A stretch of 63,752 nt of DNA, the filler included, from Octopus bimaculoides (lineage: Eukaryota): NCBI RefSeq assembly GCF_001194135.2. It is 6 parts of 5 records of this genome, joined end to end, with 100 filler letters (N's around TTAATTAATTAA, not from the genome) between each part and the next. Parts side by side here need not be neighbours in the genome. Positions count along the whole stretch, not along the records: positions 34,886 to 55,946 come from NC_068981.1; 5 more parts are not named here. One strand, written 5' to 3'. Positions 39,443 to 52,955 of the stretch are shown here, one piece after another. Made by a program: the position numbers and the translations under genes. The notes under the pieces are model-generated. The model was not told the DNA's origin, made no database searches, and saw only the letters and a program-made list of their open reading frames with translations. The first letter of the stretch is position 1. Every line of letters starts with the position of its first letter.

Positions 39443-41183
39443 CCCATATGTGTGTGTGGTTGTGTTTTGTGTGTGATGGGCATGTGTGCGTGTGTGTGTG
39501 TACATGCGTGCATGCGTGCATGCGTGCGTGTATTTGCGTGTGAGTCTGTATGTTTATACACATGTAATCAAGCTTCAGAAAAGGATCATTGCGTTTATAA
39601 ATACATTTTCTTTGTTCATTTAAGCAAACGTAATTTTCTGTGGTTAAATGGTCTGGAAGATTCCTTTGAAGACGATTGTTCTAAAAGCATAAAAAAGAAT
39701 CTTTCCTTATTCATTTTACCTTCATATATTGATAATAGTTGTTTGAGGTCAACCGTGTTTTATTCTGCTTCTTTGTAGTGGATATGTACTGACCACTACT
39801 GCTCCTAACGAAAACTCTCCGTCTCGATTTTTTCTACTACGTACGCACACACACACGCTCGCTTACCATGCTTACACACACACACATACAGAGGTGTGTG
39901 TGTGTACACACATACACATATATAAGTATACACACACACACACATATATATAAACACAAGTAGAGAAATATATATACATATACACCTAGATATATTTAAT
40001 GATTGCATACTTATACACATATGTACATTATACAAATGCACATACATGTATGTGTGTGTGTGTGTGTGCGTGTGCGTGCGCGCGCGCTGATATGCATACA
40101 TGTGTATACGTGTATATGAATGTGCATATACATAAATCATAAATAAATATCTACGTATCCACTCACATATTTTCTATCCCTTTTTTGTCTCCACACTCTG
40201 CTAACCCCTACATTTTTTTCTGTGTCTCACTCTTATTCTTCAATAAGTTGTCTTCAAAAGGAGCGAGTAGTTAAAATATATATTACTTTACACTATTCCA
40301 TGTATCTTCATTCTACGTTCAATTCTGACAATGCTAAAATATTTTATTTATTCTTATTGATAAAACAAAACATTTGGTAATCACTAAGTGCAATACACTT
40401 TACTCTTTTCTCCTATAAAAAAAATTAGAATCATGTCTCGTCAGTATCTATAATTTGCTTTTCAGAGTGTTGTATCATAAGCAAAGTTATTCATGTCATA
40501 TTGCTTGATAATCTTACACTGCAGTCAAGGATATTGCAGTATATGTCATGTGTTAAATGATTTCAACCGCTGATGTGGCCTGGCCGCCGGGGTCATGCAC
40601 TGTCGGTCCTCTCTACAGAGCAGAAATGAGGCTCCTCACAAAGACTCTGGCAAAAAGGATCGACAACCCCGNNNNNNNNNNNNNNNNNNNNNNNNNNNNN
40701 NNNNNNNNNNNNNNNNNNNNNNNNNNNNNNNNNNNNNNNNNNNNNNNNNNNNNNNNNNNNNNNNNNNNNNNNNNNNNNNNNNNNNNNNNNNNNNNNNNNN
40801 NNNNNNNNNNNNNNNNNNNNNNNNNNNNNNNNNNNNNNNNNNNNNNNNNNNNNNNNNNNNNNNNNNNNNNNNNNNNNNNNNNNNNNNNNNNNNNNNNNNN
40901 NNNNNNNNNNNNNNNNNNNNNNNNNNNNNNNNNNNNNNNNNNNNNNNNNNNNNNNNNNNNNNNNNNNNNNNNNNNNNNNNNNNNNNNNNNNNNNNNNNNN
41001 NNNNNNNNNNNNNNNNNNNNNNNNNNNNNNNNNNNNNNNNNNNNNNNNNNNNNNNNNNNNNNNNNNNNNNNNNNNNNNNNNNNNNNNNNNNNNNNNNNNN
41101 NNNNNNNNNNNNNNNNNNNNNNNNNNNNNNNNNNNNNNNNNNNNNNNNNNNNNNNNNNNNNNNNNNNNNNNNNNNNNNNNNNN

Positions 41184-41237
<54 letters not shown>

Positions 41238-42516
41238 CTGTACCAGCGTCCAGCTGGCATTCATTACAGCTGAAGAGACTAGAGTGACGTGAAACGAAGT
41301 GGCTTGCTGAAAGGGACAACGTACTGCTCTATCTTGGGTTTGAACTCATGCCCTTAGGTTTCTTAAGCCGAACAATCGAATCACTACGCCATGTGCTTTC
41401 ATAGATTACACCGTCACAGCTTAATAAAAAAAAGAAAAGGATTCGTTGAGAATCGTGATACTGTAGGCATAATAAAAAGACGGGTTGGTCATGGCTAGAA
41501 CATTTTTGATTTGAAGGTTGAGCTGGGGTTAAACAAATACATATTTTTCTTCGACAAGTGGCCAAAGACTTTTGAATATATTCAGCATGTTGGTGGTAGT
41601 TACTTTATCAGACCTTAAATGATGAAAGGAAACCCAATCCCAGTCGATGTTGGAACAAAACTTTTATTTAAAAGAAACTGAATAGTTGTTTTTAAAACCA
41701 ATATAACTGAAAATTTCGAAACTTAATACGCACGTCTAGGTTTTGTTTTATTTTTGTTTCAGTATATACATACACACACACGCTCGCACGCACACAAGCA
41801 GACACACAAAGTCGTCTTAATAAGTTACATACTTGATTAAGATAGGTCTGTAAGTCATAGAGGATTAAGTTACCCTATAATAAACTTTTCTGCTCGCTGT
41901 GTTTGTTATTTGATATACGTGGTACGCAATCAAATGTATTTATTTCTATTTCCCTGTTCAAATGTGTGTGATAAGGAAAAAGGCCTCACAAGCAGATTTT
42001 CCTGTATAGGGAATAATCTAAAGTATTCTCTATTTGATTAGTTGCTTTACTAACAGCATACACATTCGGCACTAACCATAATTGCTCAAATTATTGTAAT
42101 ATTTGTTCTTGTTGTTGTTTAGCCCCAGGTCAGCTTTGATGGTGCAGTCCTATGATCAAAGACATTCTAGTTGGGACTGTTTCAGTTATTTTTCTTTTTC
42201 GAGACGTAGTATATTTAGGACTACATTGACCAATGTGCTCTTTCTTATTTTTTAAGCTACAAGTTTTGTCAGTTATTTCTAGCGTGTAAAGCGATACCCC
42301 ATTTTCTTCCTCAAATATATTCTTTATCCGGTCGGCATAGAAGTTGCTTACAACCATTAGAATAAGAGGAAAAGAGCGAAGGGTGGGCTTTGCTGCAGGA
42401 TGGGAGAGACAACAGGAAGAGTCTCTTGTTGGTTATGGAACAAGAGAGAGGGTTAAGCTGGAAGCCAGGAAATGATGAGCAGTGATTTGGTCACCTCTGC
42501 TCTATGTGTGCGCTTC

Positions 42517-42585
<69 letters not shown>

Positions 42586-43289
42586 GTTGTTGTTGTTGCT
42601 GTTGTTAAGTCAAAGTTTGTCCTGATCAAGTACACTTCCGCCGAAAGGTGTTGCAACTATGACCAACTTGTCTCTTCCATATCTATGACCACATTCCCAC
42701 ATGTGATCGTTATTTTTTATGACTGTAATATGTTTTGAGGGATATTCAGTTATTATTGACTGTAAGTCAAGAGAATGCGTTGAGGCTCTTTCGCTGGTTT
42801 ATAACATTTGTTACTATTGCTGTTGTTATTGTTGCTCCAAATGTTGGCTGAGGGTTTAGTGTGTACTCGAGGAGGGTGTGTTAGTGTATTGGGACAAGAA
42901 GAAGTATAGGCAAGCTAGGTAGGTTTGTTTAGAACGGGTTCAAAATTTGCAGGGGAATAGCAGCTGTTGCATTAGCGGTAAAAGAGGAGCAGCGGTTGTT
43001 GTATTAGCGGTAAAAGAAGAGAAGAAAAGAAAATAGTACATTTATGAAACAGTAATTTGAACGTCAATCTGCTCGGATGTTTTTCTCCTGAATGCAGCTG
43101 AAGATATTTTCGCATAACAGCAGCAATCGCACACAATTTGTTGCCCAATGTATATCAGAGGAAGAAAGAAAAAAACCATCAAGCCCTCTTGATGTGTTTG
43201 TGTGTGTGTGTGTGTGTTTCTACTCTATACTGTTTTCTTCTTCCATCCTTCTCTAATTCCCTTTTTCTCTCCCTCTCTCATTCACCGTT

Positions 43290-43437
43290 TTCTATCTGTC
43301 TCTCTCTCCTCTCTTTCTCTTTTCTCTCCTCTCTTTCTCTTTTCTCTCCTCTCTTTCTCTTTTCTCTCCTCTCTTTCTCTTTTCTCTCCTCTCTTTCTCT
43401 TTTCTCTCCTCTCTTTCTCTTTTCTCTCCTCTCTTTC
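43290..43437 (+). repeat. 20-bp pyrimidine minisatellite (CTCTTTCTCTTTTCTCTCCT)n
   Basis: About 7 near-identical units running into a gap, then (CT)n. Confidence 0.85.
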
Positions 43438-43494
43438 NNNNNNNNNNNNNNNNNNNNNNNNNNNNNNNNNNNNNNNNNNNNNNNNNNNNNNNNN

Positions 43495-43546
<52 letters not shown>

Positions 43547-45343
43547 GTTCACACGTGACCATCATCCGTCTTTCTTTTCCTTACATGACCATATTTCTTT
43601 TCCTGCACGGACGTTTAAAAAGGCGGACGTGTTTTTTTTCTCTCTCTCTTCTATCTTTTCTCTTTTCAAAAAAGTGTTTCTCCCAGCGTTCACTATTTTC
43701 CTCTCGTTCTGGTCTAACGACCCTCCATGTTTGTTTTCGTTCGGTTTCCTTTTATGTTTCTATTGTCATTTTGTTCCCAACTTTGACTCCCCATACATCC
43801 TAAATTTTATTTTACAATTTATGGGAGCAACTGTCTTTGAAGACTCATATTGTCGTTGAATGCTCAAAATGAGGAGTAGATAGACAGGCGACAACTGATG
43901 AAGGGTCCTTTCTCTGTGTTTACTTGTCCTGTTTTCCATTTTTTTCTCGTTGTTTACGTATTTCACTCGTTTGTTTACGTATTTCATGTTATTTGCACCG
44001 TTGGTGACGTCCTATACAAAATTTTATTTGCAGAGTAGTGATAAACCCGAGGCTGTAGCGGAAGATTTGTTTATGCAGTAGGATCAAACCTGGAATCTAG
44101 TGGTTGTGTAACGCGGTTCTTAACCCAGCAGCCATGAGCGATATCAGTGCCTATACTTGATACTACTTTTCGTTATTGATATAAATATTATTGTTGTTCA
44201 CATTGAAGTCGGTGGTTAGCAGAATCGGCAGGATTTAGTTGCTCCATTATCTCTGATTTTGAATAGGTCAACTTAACTTTTTCTCTTTTGTATCGATAAC
44301 ATAATGCACCAGCTAATTACTCAGAATAGATATATATTCCTTTTATATATCGTTAATCTGAATAGAATTTTACAAGACAAGACAAAATTTGACCGTTTAC
44401 TGTTGGTTGTTGTTTAATTTCTGCTAGCCCTTGATCGAAAGGATTTCCAGCCGTGATGGTCTCATCTTTTGGGTTTATCTCGCACTCTATTATTCAATAA
44501 CCCGTTGCCCAACTTAAAAAAATAGGAAAGTGTGTCAACTGAAGGAAATTCGATTGCAATTTCTAGTGGCTCCATAGTTGACCTATGTGATTTGAAGGAG
44601 ATTTGGCTGCTATTTCAAGTAGATCGAATGGCCACAGAAGCTTTTGTGATACATAAAGCGGTTGTTTGCAGAACATGCAGTGCGACGAACAAAATGATTA
44701 ACGATATTTAGTTACCTTCGTTTCCATGTTTTAATTCGCACCCTGCCGAGACCGACATTTTTTTAATCCCTCTGTAGTCGAATAGCGGAAAATTAAAATT
44801 ATAGAATAAAAATCAGAGAGAAAAATAACAACAATAATGTCGGAACAAAACTATCTCAGAAAATCTGTCACAGACAAAACTTGGCCGTTTAATGTTGTTT
44901 AATCACAGCTCAGCCTTGATCGGACTTACATATAACCAAAGGATTTCCAACAGTGACGGTTTATCTCGCACTACATTATTCAATAACCTGTTCCCTACCT
45001 TAAAATAAAAATGGGGAAGTCACAGAAAAACTGTCTATAAATTATTAACATGAAAGGGTTTTCGTTGATACGCATAAATGCTATTTTGCAAATTGATGAT
45101 CTTTTGCTATAAATCCATAATATGGCTGACAGAAGTAAAAAAAAAAAACAAAAAAAAAACTATTAATCGACTATAATCACGCGAAAATACTAAATCAGCA
45201 TTTCATATATATTTTAAAATCTTTCGGTGACTTTAATGCAATTTATAATTTCTATAATAATACAAAATTATTGTTATTAAGAAATGTATATAGCAATTAT
45301 TTAAATCGTGATTAAAATACATTTGATATTGAATATTATTTAA

Positions 45344-45402
45344 GGCGGCGAGCAGGCAGAAACACTAGCACGCCGGGCGAACTGCTTAGCGGTGTCCCGT
45401 CT
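45344..45402 (+). mobile_element. tRNA-derived SINE, 5' half
   Basis: GGCGGCGAGCAGGCAGAAACACTAGCACGCCGGGCGAACTGCTTAGCGG; the family sequence resumes at 47074. Confidence 0.8.
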
Positions 45403-47073
45403 CTGTGAATTATTGTGAATTATTGTGAATACTGCTGTGTTGCTCTGTGAAAACTGTGTGGATTACTGTAAGTTGTCTCTGTGAATAGTTGTGATTTTTG
45501 TGGAATTTATTGTCGTAACGTTTCATGCGAGCCGCTGCATTTTCCCCCCAGCTGTGGCGAGTGGTAGTATCTCCAGTATGGAGAGCTACACCAGGGCCGC
45601 TGCGGCGAAGAAGCCAGTGCCGCTGGAAACTAAGTTGATCGAGCTGGATATGGAAGAGGTGAGCAGAAGCAGGAATTTGATAGAAGTAGAGGGAGACTCA
45701 TACAAATTGTCCCCCCACCCAAATAAAAGAGACCAAGGAAGATAAAATTCTGAGAGTTGTGTATCGTACACAGGCTGTCGAGACCAGTAAAATTGAAATG
45801 GTGACGGAAGAGGAAATCGAGGAGTGCCTGGGTTAAATTGTGAATGAAGCCACGTACATCAGCAGAGGAAGATAGTTCGGTACGGTAGAGGTGAGGCTTG
45901 CCACCATAGAAGAGGCAACCAAGCATGCGTCCACCATTTTAAAAACACAAAAAATAGCATTACTACCAAGTTATAGAGGAAGAAGTGTGAGAAAACGTAT
46001 TCCGAGAGTGCCACCAGAAATTAAACCGGAGTAGTTGGTTGTAACAGTTCTGGCTGCAACCAAGGAGGATCCGGAATTGGGATCAGTGGTGGGAACAAAA
46101 GTGCGCAACTGGTGGGGATTTGGACTCGAAATGTGGCTTTTTGCCACATTCGAGGACATAGAAAGAATTCCCAACCAGATAGAAGTGGAGGACGAGAGAA
46201 CGTTAAATGTTGTAGTCGAGGGAAGAAAACCAAATTGTTACATATGCGGGGAGAGAGGTCACATGAAGACCAAATGCCCCCTATATGAGTTCACACAGCC
46301 GCAGCAAGAGAAAACACAAGCAGAGAAGGAAAATATTGTAGACCACACTGGGGAAATTAAAGAGAGACAGAAGTATGAAACAGAGGAAACAAAGGAGAAG
46401 AACGAAATTGGGCCTACTAACCCTAAAAAGCGAAAGAAAAATAAGTCAAAGGAACGGTCAACAGAAAACAAAAAAGAGATAGGAAAGCCAGAAACTAATA
46501 ATGTACAAGAGGAGGAGGAGAGAACGGATAAAGATGTTAAATACAAGGGGCTTTTGATAAAATACTAGAAGAACAAGCAGATGGACAGAAAAATCGCGAA
46601 GTTGAAGGAAATAATAAAAGTGAAGATGTCGGAAAACTGTGCTGAGAAATGCATTTTGATACATGAGGAAAACTACTGGGAGTACATAAAAGAATTTGAT
46701 GAGAATGTAAGAACGAAACGGGTTTAGTTGGTGGAGACACCACCCCCTAGAACTGATTATTTACAGTTGATAAAGACGGAAGTAACAGTGATTAATGGGA
46801 GAAAAATAACGCGAGTATTTCAATTTTTTGAGTCACAAAACTGTTAAAGTAGAAGTGAAAAACTGGATAATTGTAACCATCCGAGTGGACATTGCGCCTC
46901 ATTTTCATTCTTGCATATTATCATTTTATTTTAATTTTTCTTCTACTATCATCATCCGCTTTTGTATTTTTAGTTCCCCGATTTTATGTTTGTTGCGTTT
47001 TGTATTGTCTTTATGTTTTATGATGTCCTATAAAACCTCTTTGTATAGCCTTTTTTTGGGGTAATAAAGAAAT
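45403..47073 (+). mobile_element. L1/Tx1-like non-LTR element with a degenerate gag-like ORF1 and no recognisable ORF2
   Basis: TGTGAAT-repeat 5' leader; disrupted ORF 45578-46568 with FGTVEVRLATIEEA and a CCHC knuckle CYICGERGHMKTKC (46236-46277); T-rich 3' UTR ending AATAAAGAAAT. Confidence 0.75.
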
Positions 47074-47243
47074 CGATATTTCGTCTGTCTTTCCGTTCTG
47101 AGTTCAAATTGCGCCGAGGTCGACTTTGCCTCTCATCCTCTCGGGGTCGATAAGTTAAGTACCAGCTACGTACTGGAGTCGATCTAATCGACTGGCCCTT
47201 CCCCAAAATTTCGGGCCTTGTAACTAGAGTAGAAAAGGATATT
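47074..47243 (+). mobile_element. tRNA-derived SINE, 3' half
   Basis: CGATATTTCGTCTG..GTTCTGAGTTCAAATTGCGCCGAGGTCGACTTTGCC...GGGCCTTGTAACTAGAGTAGAAAAGG. Confidence 0.85.
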
Positions 47244-47972
47244 GAATATTATTACTAAAATGTTAACCGTCATATGACGTGCAAGTTTTGAAATATACTT
47301 TTACCACCACGAGTAATATCAGGAAATACGACATACATACAATAATTGGAATTTAACTCTTATCAAATTTCTTGGTGCTGATGCATGATGAAATGAATAT
47401 AGATTTTTAAAATATAAATATTTATTACTTTAAAATAAAATAAAATAAACTTCTCATTTGTATATTTGCAATAAATTCTATTATTTTTCTAATTTTTCTA
47501 ATTTTTCTCGACATAATCGCAATCCACTCCATCGAAAACATATTTCTGCAAAATTTCATTAAAAATGTGTACTTTTCAGAAAGTTGTAAGAATCAAAATA
47601 GGTGGAGGGAAACTAAACTGAAGTTATGCACCCATCAACACCCCGCTCTTTCTCTCTCTGACAACTCATTTCGAAATGTAAACGAAAATATTATTTGTAA
47701 GTTTGCAAAAGAGAAAATTCAGCTGAATTGTAAATTTGCAAATATTTTTACGTGCATCTTTCATTTTAATAACAAATGTATTATTTTATACGATGTTATC
47801 TTCATGAATTAACTACATCATACTGTTGAGAAACGAATACAGAAATCTATGATAGTGATGTTTAATAACCGATATTTAAAACGTTACTTAATCGTTTCCC
47901 ATACTCAGGAGATAAGTTTATTTCTGTACATTCCTAGTTTCATTTTGCTTCTTTTCGAATCCCGGTTAATGT

Positions 47973-48118
47973 TCGCCGTTATAAGATCGCCGTTATAAGA
48001 TCGTCGTTATAAGATCGCCGTTATAAGATCGTCGTTATAAGATCGCCGTTATAAGATCGTCGTTATAAGATCGTCGTTATAAGATCGCCGTTATAAGATC
48101 GCCGTTATAAGATCGCCG
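47973..48118 (+). repeat. 14-bp minisatellite (TCGYCGTTATAAGA) x ~10
   Basis: Near-perfect units varying only C/T at one position. Confidence 0.95.
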
Positions 48119-48220
48119 TAAATTTTCTAAAACAATCGTCAATGTTGGGCGTGTATACTCTTGTATGTGAGTCTGTGTGTATGTGCGTGTGAGATAGGGT
48201 AGATAGATAGATAGATAGAT

Positions 48221-48259
<39 letters not shown>

Positions 48260-48971
48260 AGAAGAGAGAGGGGGAATAGAGGGACAGAGAGACAGAGACA
48301 GACAGATAGAGACAGAGAATGTGCGTGTGTGTCTGTAAACGTCCATAATATAAAAATCAGCACGAAGATAAAATTTGTTTTCATTTCCAAAATTAACGGA
48401 AATGAAGGTGGTGTATTTTAACGCAAAGAAGGTAAGCGTTGGCTTCTTTTAACTGGCACCTAAATCGATTGCCTCTGCCAATATGTTTACTGAATGATAT
48501 ATTTTGGTGGCATTAGATATTAGTGCTTTTTTTCCTTCTAGCTTATTAGTCATTTCTGTTGCTCCCCAAAACTCTATTCATCTTTTTAATCTTTCCTTGG
48601 TTCTTTTATACAACAACACTCACTTTCTCTCTGACACTCGCGTTTCAATCGTATTTTTCATCTCCACAACGCTTCCTTTCTCTCTAGACACCTTCTCTAT
48701 TTCAAATAAGCGTTACAGTTCACAAGGTGTGCATGGGGCCGTAAAATTAAGAGAGAAGTAAAGTAGCGAAACAGAAAAGATATAATTTCATGAAATACCT
48801 GGAGACTTTAAAGAATTAGTATTATGTTTCCCCCTTTTTTTTTTCATGATTGATTTTGAACATTATTGCCCGAGTTTAGGCAAATAGTAAGTTCAACGTC
48901 GCATATATACACACATATAATATACACATATATGTACACATGTACACGCAAACATATATATATATGTATAT

Positions 48972-49023
<52 letters not shown>

Positions 49024-49346
49024 ATATATATATATATATACACACATATATACATATATATACATATATATATACACACACACACACTAAGGCACACACA
49101 CACATATACGTATATACATATACATATGTACACATGCAGATATCTATATATTTGTGCGCTTGTATGTATGTGTGTATATGTGTATGATAAGTCACGCAAA
49201 CAAAAACATACACAGGAAAGTAAGCGCATGTATTCATAAAAATGTTTGAATATATAGACATTATATATTCTCATATATGCATATATGTGCACACGCATAT
49301 AATGTCCTCTGTGTGTGTGTGTGTGTACGCGCGTGCGTGTGTGTGC

Positions 49347-49407
<61 letters not shown>

Positions 49408-49789
49408 TGTGTGTGTGCGTGCGTATGTGTGTGTGTGTATGCGTATGAGTGCGCGTGTGTGTATGCACGTGCGCGTGTCTGTGTATGCTTTGCGTTTATC
49501 TTCAACCTCTGCTTGATAACGTATTGATTTGTTGATATCCTTGTAAGTTAGCGGTTCGTCAAAAGAGACGCAAGTATAAGTACCAGGCATTAAAAAATAA
49601 GTACTGAAGTCCATTTGTTCGACTGAACCCTTCAAGGTGCAGCCCAGCATGGCTGCCGTCGAATGCCTGAAACGAGTAAAAGGTAAAAAAGAAAGCTTAT
49701 AATTTACAAAATTGAGACAAGTGTTATTTATAAAATCACTGCAAATCCTAAACAAAATAGAAAAGACTCTGGTTAGTAATCAACCATAG

Positions 49790-50010
49790 GAACAGGCAGG
49801 GCTTCTGCTGTAGCAACCACATACATACCTATCAATCAACTGATCGAAAAATATCAGGAATACGATATGCTATTGCGACAACATTCACTGCTTATGAGAA
49901 AAGCTTTAATTCGGCAGAGAAGCAAGTTGTGTTGCTTCCAGTTGAAAGATCAAGGCATTGAAGAAAATCTACATCTGCTTGAAGAAAGCTATCTATGCAT
50001 ATAGCGTGAA
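49790..50010 (+). mobile_element. RTE reverse-transcriptase remnant
   Basis: NQLIEKYQEYDM...TFTAYEKSFNSAEKQVVL...KDQGIEEN resembles QxIEKxxEY...FxDYEKAFDSV. Confidence 0.65.
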
Positions 50011-52955
50011 TATCACGTGTCGAGTGATAACATTCAAACAAAGAGGACAAGAGAGCATCCTATTATCAAAAGTTTTCACAGCATGCCCGTTAGGCCGGGA
50101 GAAGAGAAGAATAAATATCAATGGAAACAACGAATCTATTCGATCTCAGCCACAAATATTTTAATTAATTTTTTTAACAGAACAATTTGAAACTTCGAAT
50201 ACTGGTAGAATTTCTCACGTAGAACACAGTTTACTCCGAACGTTTTTGACAAAATTTCGTATTTTAGAAGTTATTTCGTGTTAAAGCTGTCGTATTTGGG
50301 TAATTTCAACCAATCGACGACGTGTATTCAATTGAAGAAAGCTACTGCTGTTTCAATAGTAATCGAAGAGGAACAACTTCCAGGTCAGCTCTACTAAATG
50401 TCACCACTCTGTATATCGAGTGAAGATGATGCCACCTTTATCCTTTCTTCCTTTTTAGTCAGCACCGTGCATTCCTTTCTCTTTCCCTCTCTTCTACGCT
50501 ATCAACTAGCAGCCAGCGAACAAACTTGTCACTATCACTACAATTACCGTATTTTCAGTGTATAAGCCACTATTTGTTTTGTTTTACACTCATGTTTTGA
50601 TAATGTTATTTTTTTTTTTTTATCTAATACATACTTTTATATTGACGAAATGTGTTTGTTGTTGATTATAGTAAGATGAAATCATGACAATAACAATACA
50701 TCTCAGAGTTGTAAAATAAGGCATTTTGAAACTACATATACGTCAACAACAAAAAAGCTAGCTGCGGACTAGTTGGTCTATAGGTCTTTTTAGTGCTGTT
50801 TGTGCTTTGAGGGTAGAAGGAGATGTAAACCTCAAAGGCTACAGGTTTTATACGAGGAGCAGTGTCCTCATACTTTATTAATTTTGAAAGAAATAACTAT
50901 AGAATGGCACTAATATTTGATGAGTGAAGAGATGTGCGACACACCTATCATTGTGACCGTCAGAACCTTACTGAAGAAAAAGGCAAACATTCATGATTGC
51001 TGATGCTATATTCAAGAATTTCGTAGTTAAAAAGACACCAGTTTTATTAAGCTTGTTTAAAGTACTCAGGGTTTTTAATTCTGGTAAATTGTGAACTTTT
51101 TCAATTCTTCATTCTACTGTATAGTCTTTCAAGAGTTTTAAATTTCAAAATAGCATTCTGTATATCTTGATGTGGATATACTGTAGAAAGCCAGAAAACT
51201 GAAGTATTCATCCCGAGAAAGTATTTAGTATAGGGCTAAAAAGCACAGAATTATATCAGTAACAGGCAAAAAGCACTCCGCAGTGGAGATAGAGTTACTA
51301 AACTCAGATTTCTGTTTCTTTGAACGACATCAGTAGCAAGTATTCGCAAGCAACCGCATGCTTAGACAAATTCAGCTCCCACTGATACAGAAAAAAACAG
51401 TGATTAACAAATCACTGGTGTCGCAAAGAGAAAATATTTAAAATTTTTAAATTCCTTGGAAATCAAGCACAATTGAATATTTTATCAAAAATTTCCAATG
51501 TAATATTATTAGTATCCTAATTCTTAGAGATAGTTTTCATATCCTCCTATATATGTATTTATTGTGAATTGTTCAAGCAGTGTGTAAACATTTGTTTTAT
51601 GTACTATTAATGGTGGTGAAATATGAGCCAATGATATTTTATTATGTTCCATAATTACAGCAAGTTTGTATATCAAACGTTTCTGGCCGAGTATTTTATA
51701 GCCGTCTGTTTCTATTTGGCTTCACATAAAGTTTGAATCACTTTAGTTTTGTACATTTTACAATATTATTTTTATTATTAATCTGATACTTTTTAAGATT
51801 GTGTTAAAGTGTGTATGTTCATTCACTTTCCAGACTTCTAAATCATTAAACTATGTAAAATATTTTGTAAAAACGAGCGCTAGAAATCAGACGACGAACA
51901 AAAGTAGATTAAACAAAGAAAATTTATGTGATGAATATGTCTTTTGTTAATTATTTTGTTCATATGATGAGCCATATGAGGTTTATTCTATAGATAAATT
52001 ATTTTAATGTTTAAAACTAACATTTATTGTATAAATAAACAATTAGAATGCATTGAATTATAATAATGAGCAGAAAACCCTCTTATTTGCGGCCTTATTC
52101 TATTTGCTTGTTTACAAGCTGTACCAAATCTCGTATAACATTTCATAAATCTCTCTCTCTTTCTCTCTCTCTCTATATATAAAAGCAATGGGGTGATGAA
52201 ATTCAATATATTCTAGAATCGTTTAAAATCATACTGAATTGATCCAATCGGATTATCCTTTAGAGGGGCATCCAATTTTGCATAACATTTTCAGCAAAAT
52301 CTTCACCCACAAATATGCAAATCATAACTAATCTAAACGCGCGCGCGCACCCCCCCCCCCCCANNNNNNNNNNNNNNNNNNCCCCCCACAAATTCTTTCT
52401 TTCAGAAATTGGAACTTGTATAAGGTTGTAGTCTTGGAAAGCTCTGTCAAAGTATAGTAACGATAAAATAAACGTATCCTTTGAAAATCTGAAAACTGCA
52501 TAACAAAAACAATCATCGTAAAGCAGTAAACAAAAGGCTGAACACTCTATCATAAAAAAAAATAACACACTCTTTATTGGTATATCCAAATACGTTTTAA
52601 TTATACGTTAATATCCTTATACAAATGTATTATTACGAGCTACCGTGGCAGTCATATTTGTCTAGAAATAGCACGAATAATTTCTTTTCCTGCAATGTAA
52701 TTTGCAACGTATAAATACAACTATAAAAATAAATATCAGTTTCTTGGACACAGATAGACCGACTACTAACTGAATCACACCAACGAAGGAAAAGAGTTGT
52801 CTGCATATAAGAGACTTTTAAAAACACGTATGTGCTATACTATATTGTTAGCTGTGAGATAATTAAAGCTGTTGTTTTATGAGCCGCTGTTGCTGGTCAG
52901 CGATTGAATCTTACAGAAAAGGTAAGGATTTTGTTATGCGCACACAACCTATGTA

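Noticed and set aside
48844-49527. Many YI/HT/VC-rich ORFs
   Set aside because: Translations of (TA)n, (CA)n and (TG)n microsatellites.
52879-52921. ATG...AAG|GTAAGG mini-exon (MSRCCWSAIESYRK)
   Set aside because: A single donor-like site with no partner exon or homology.
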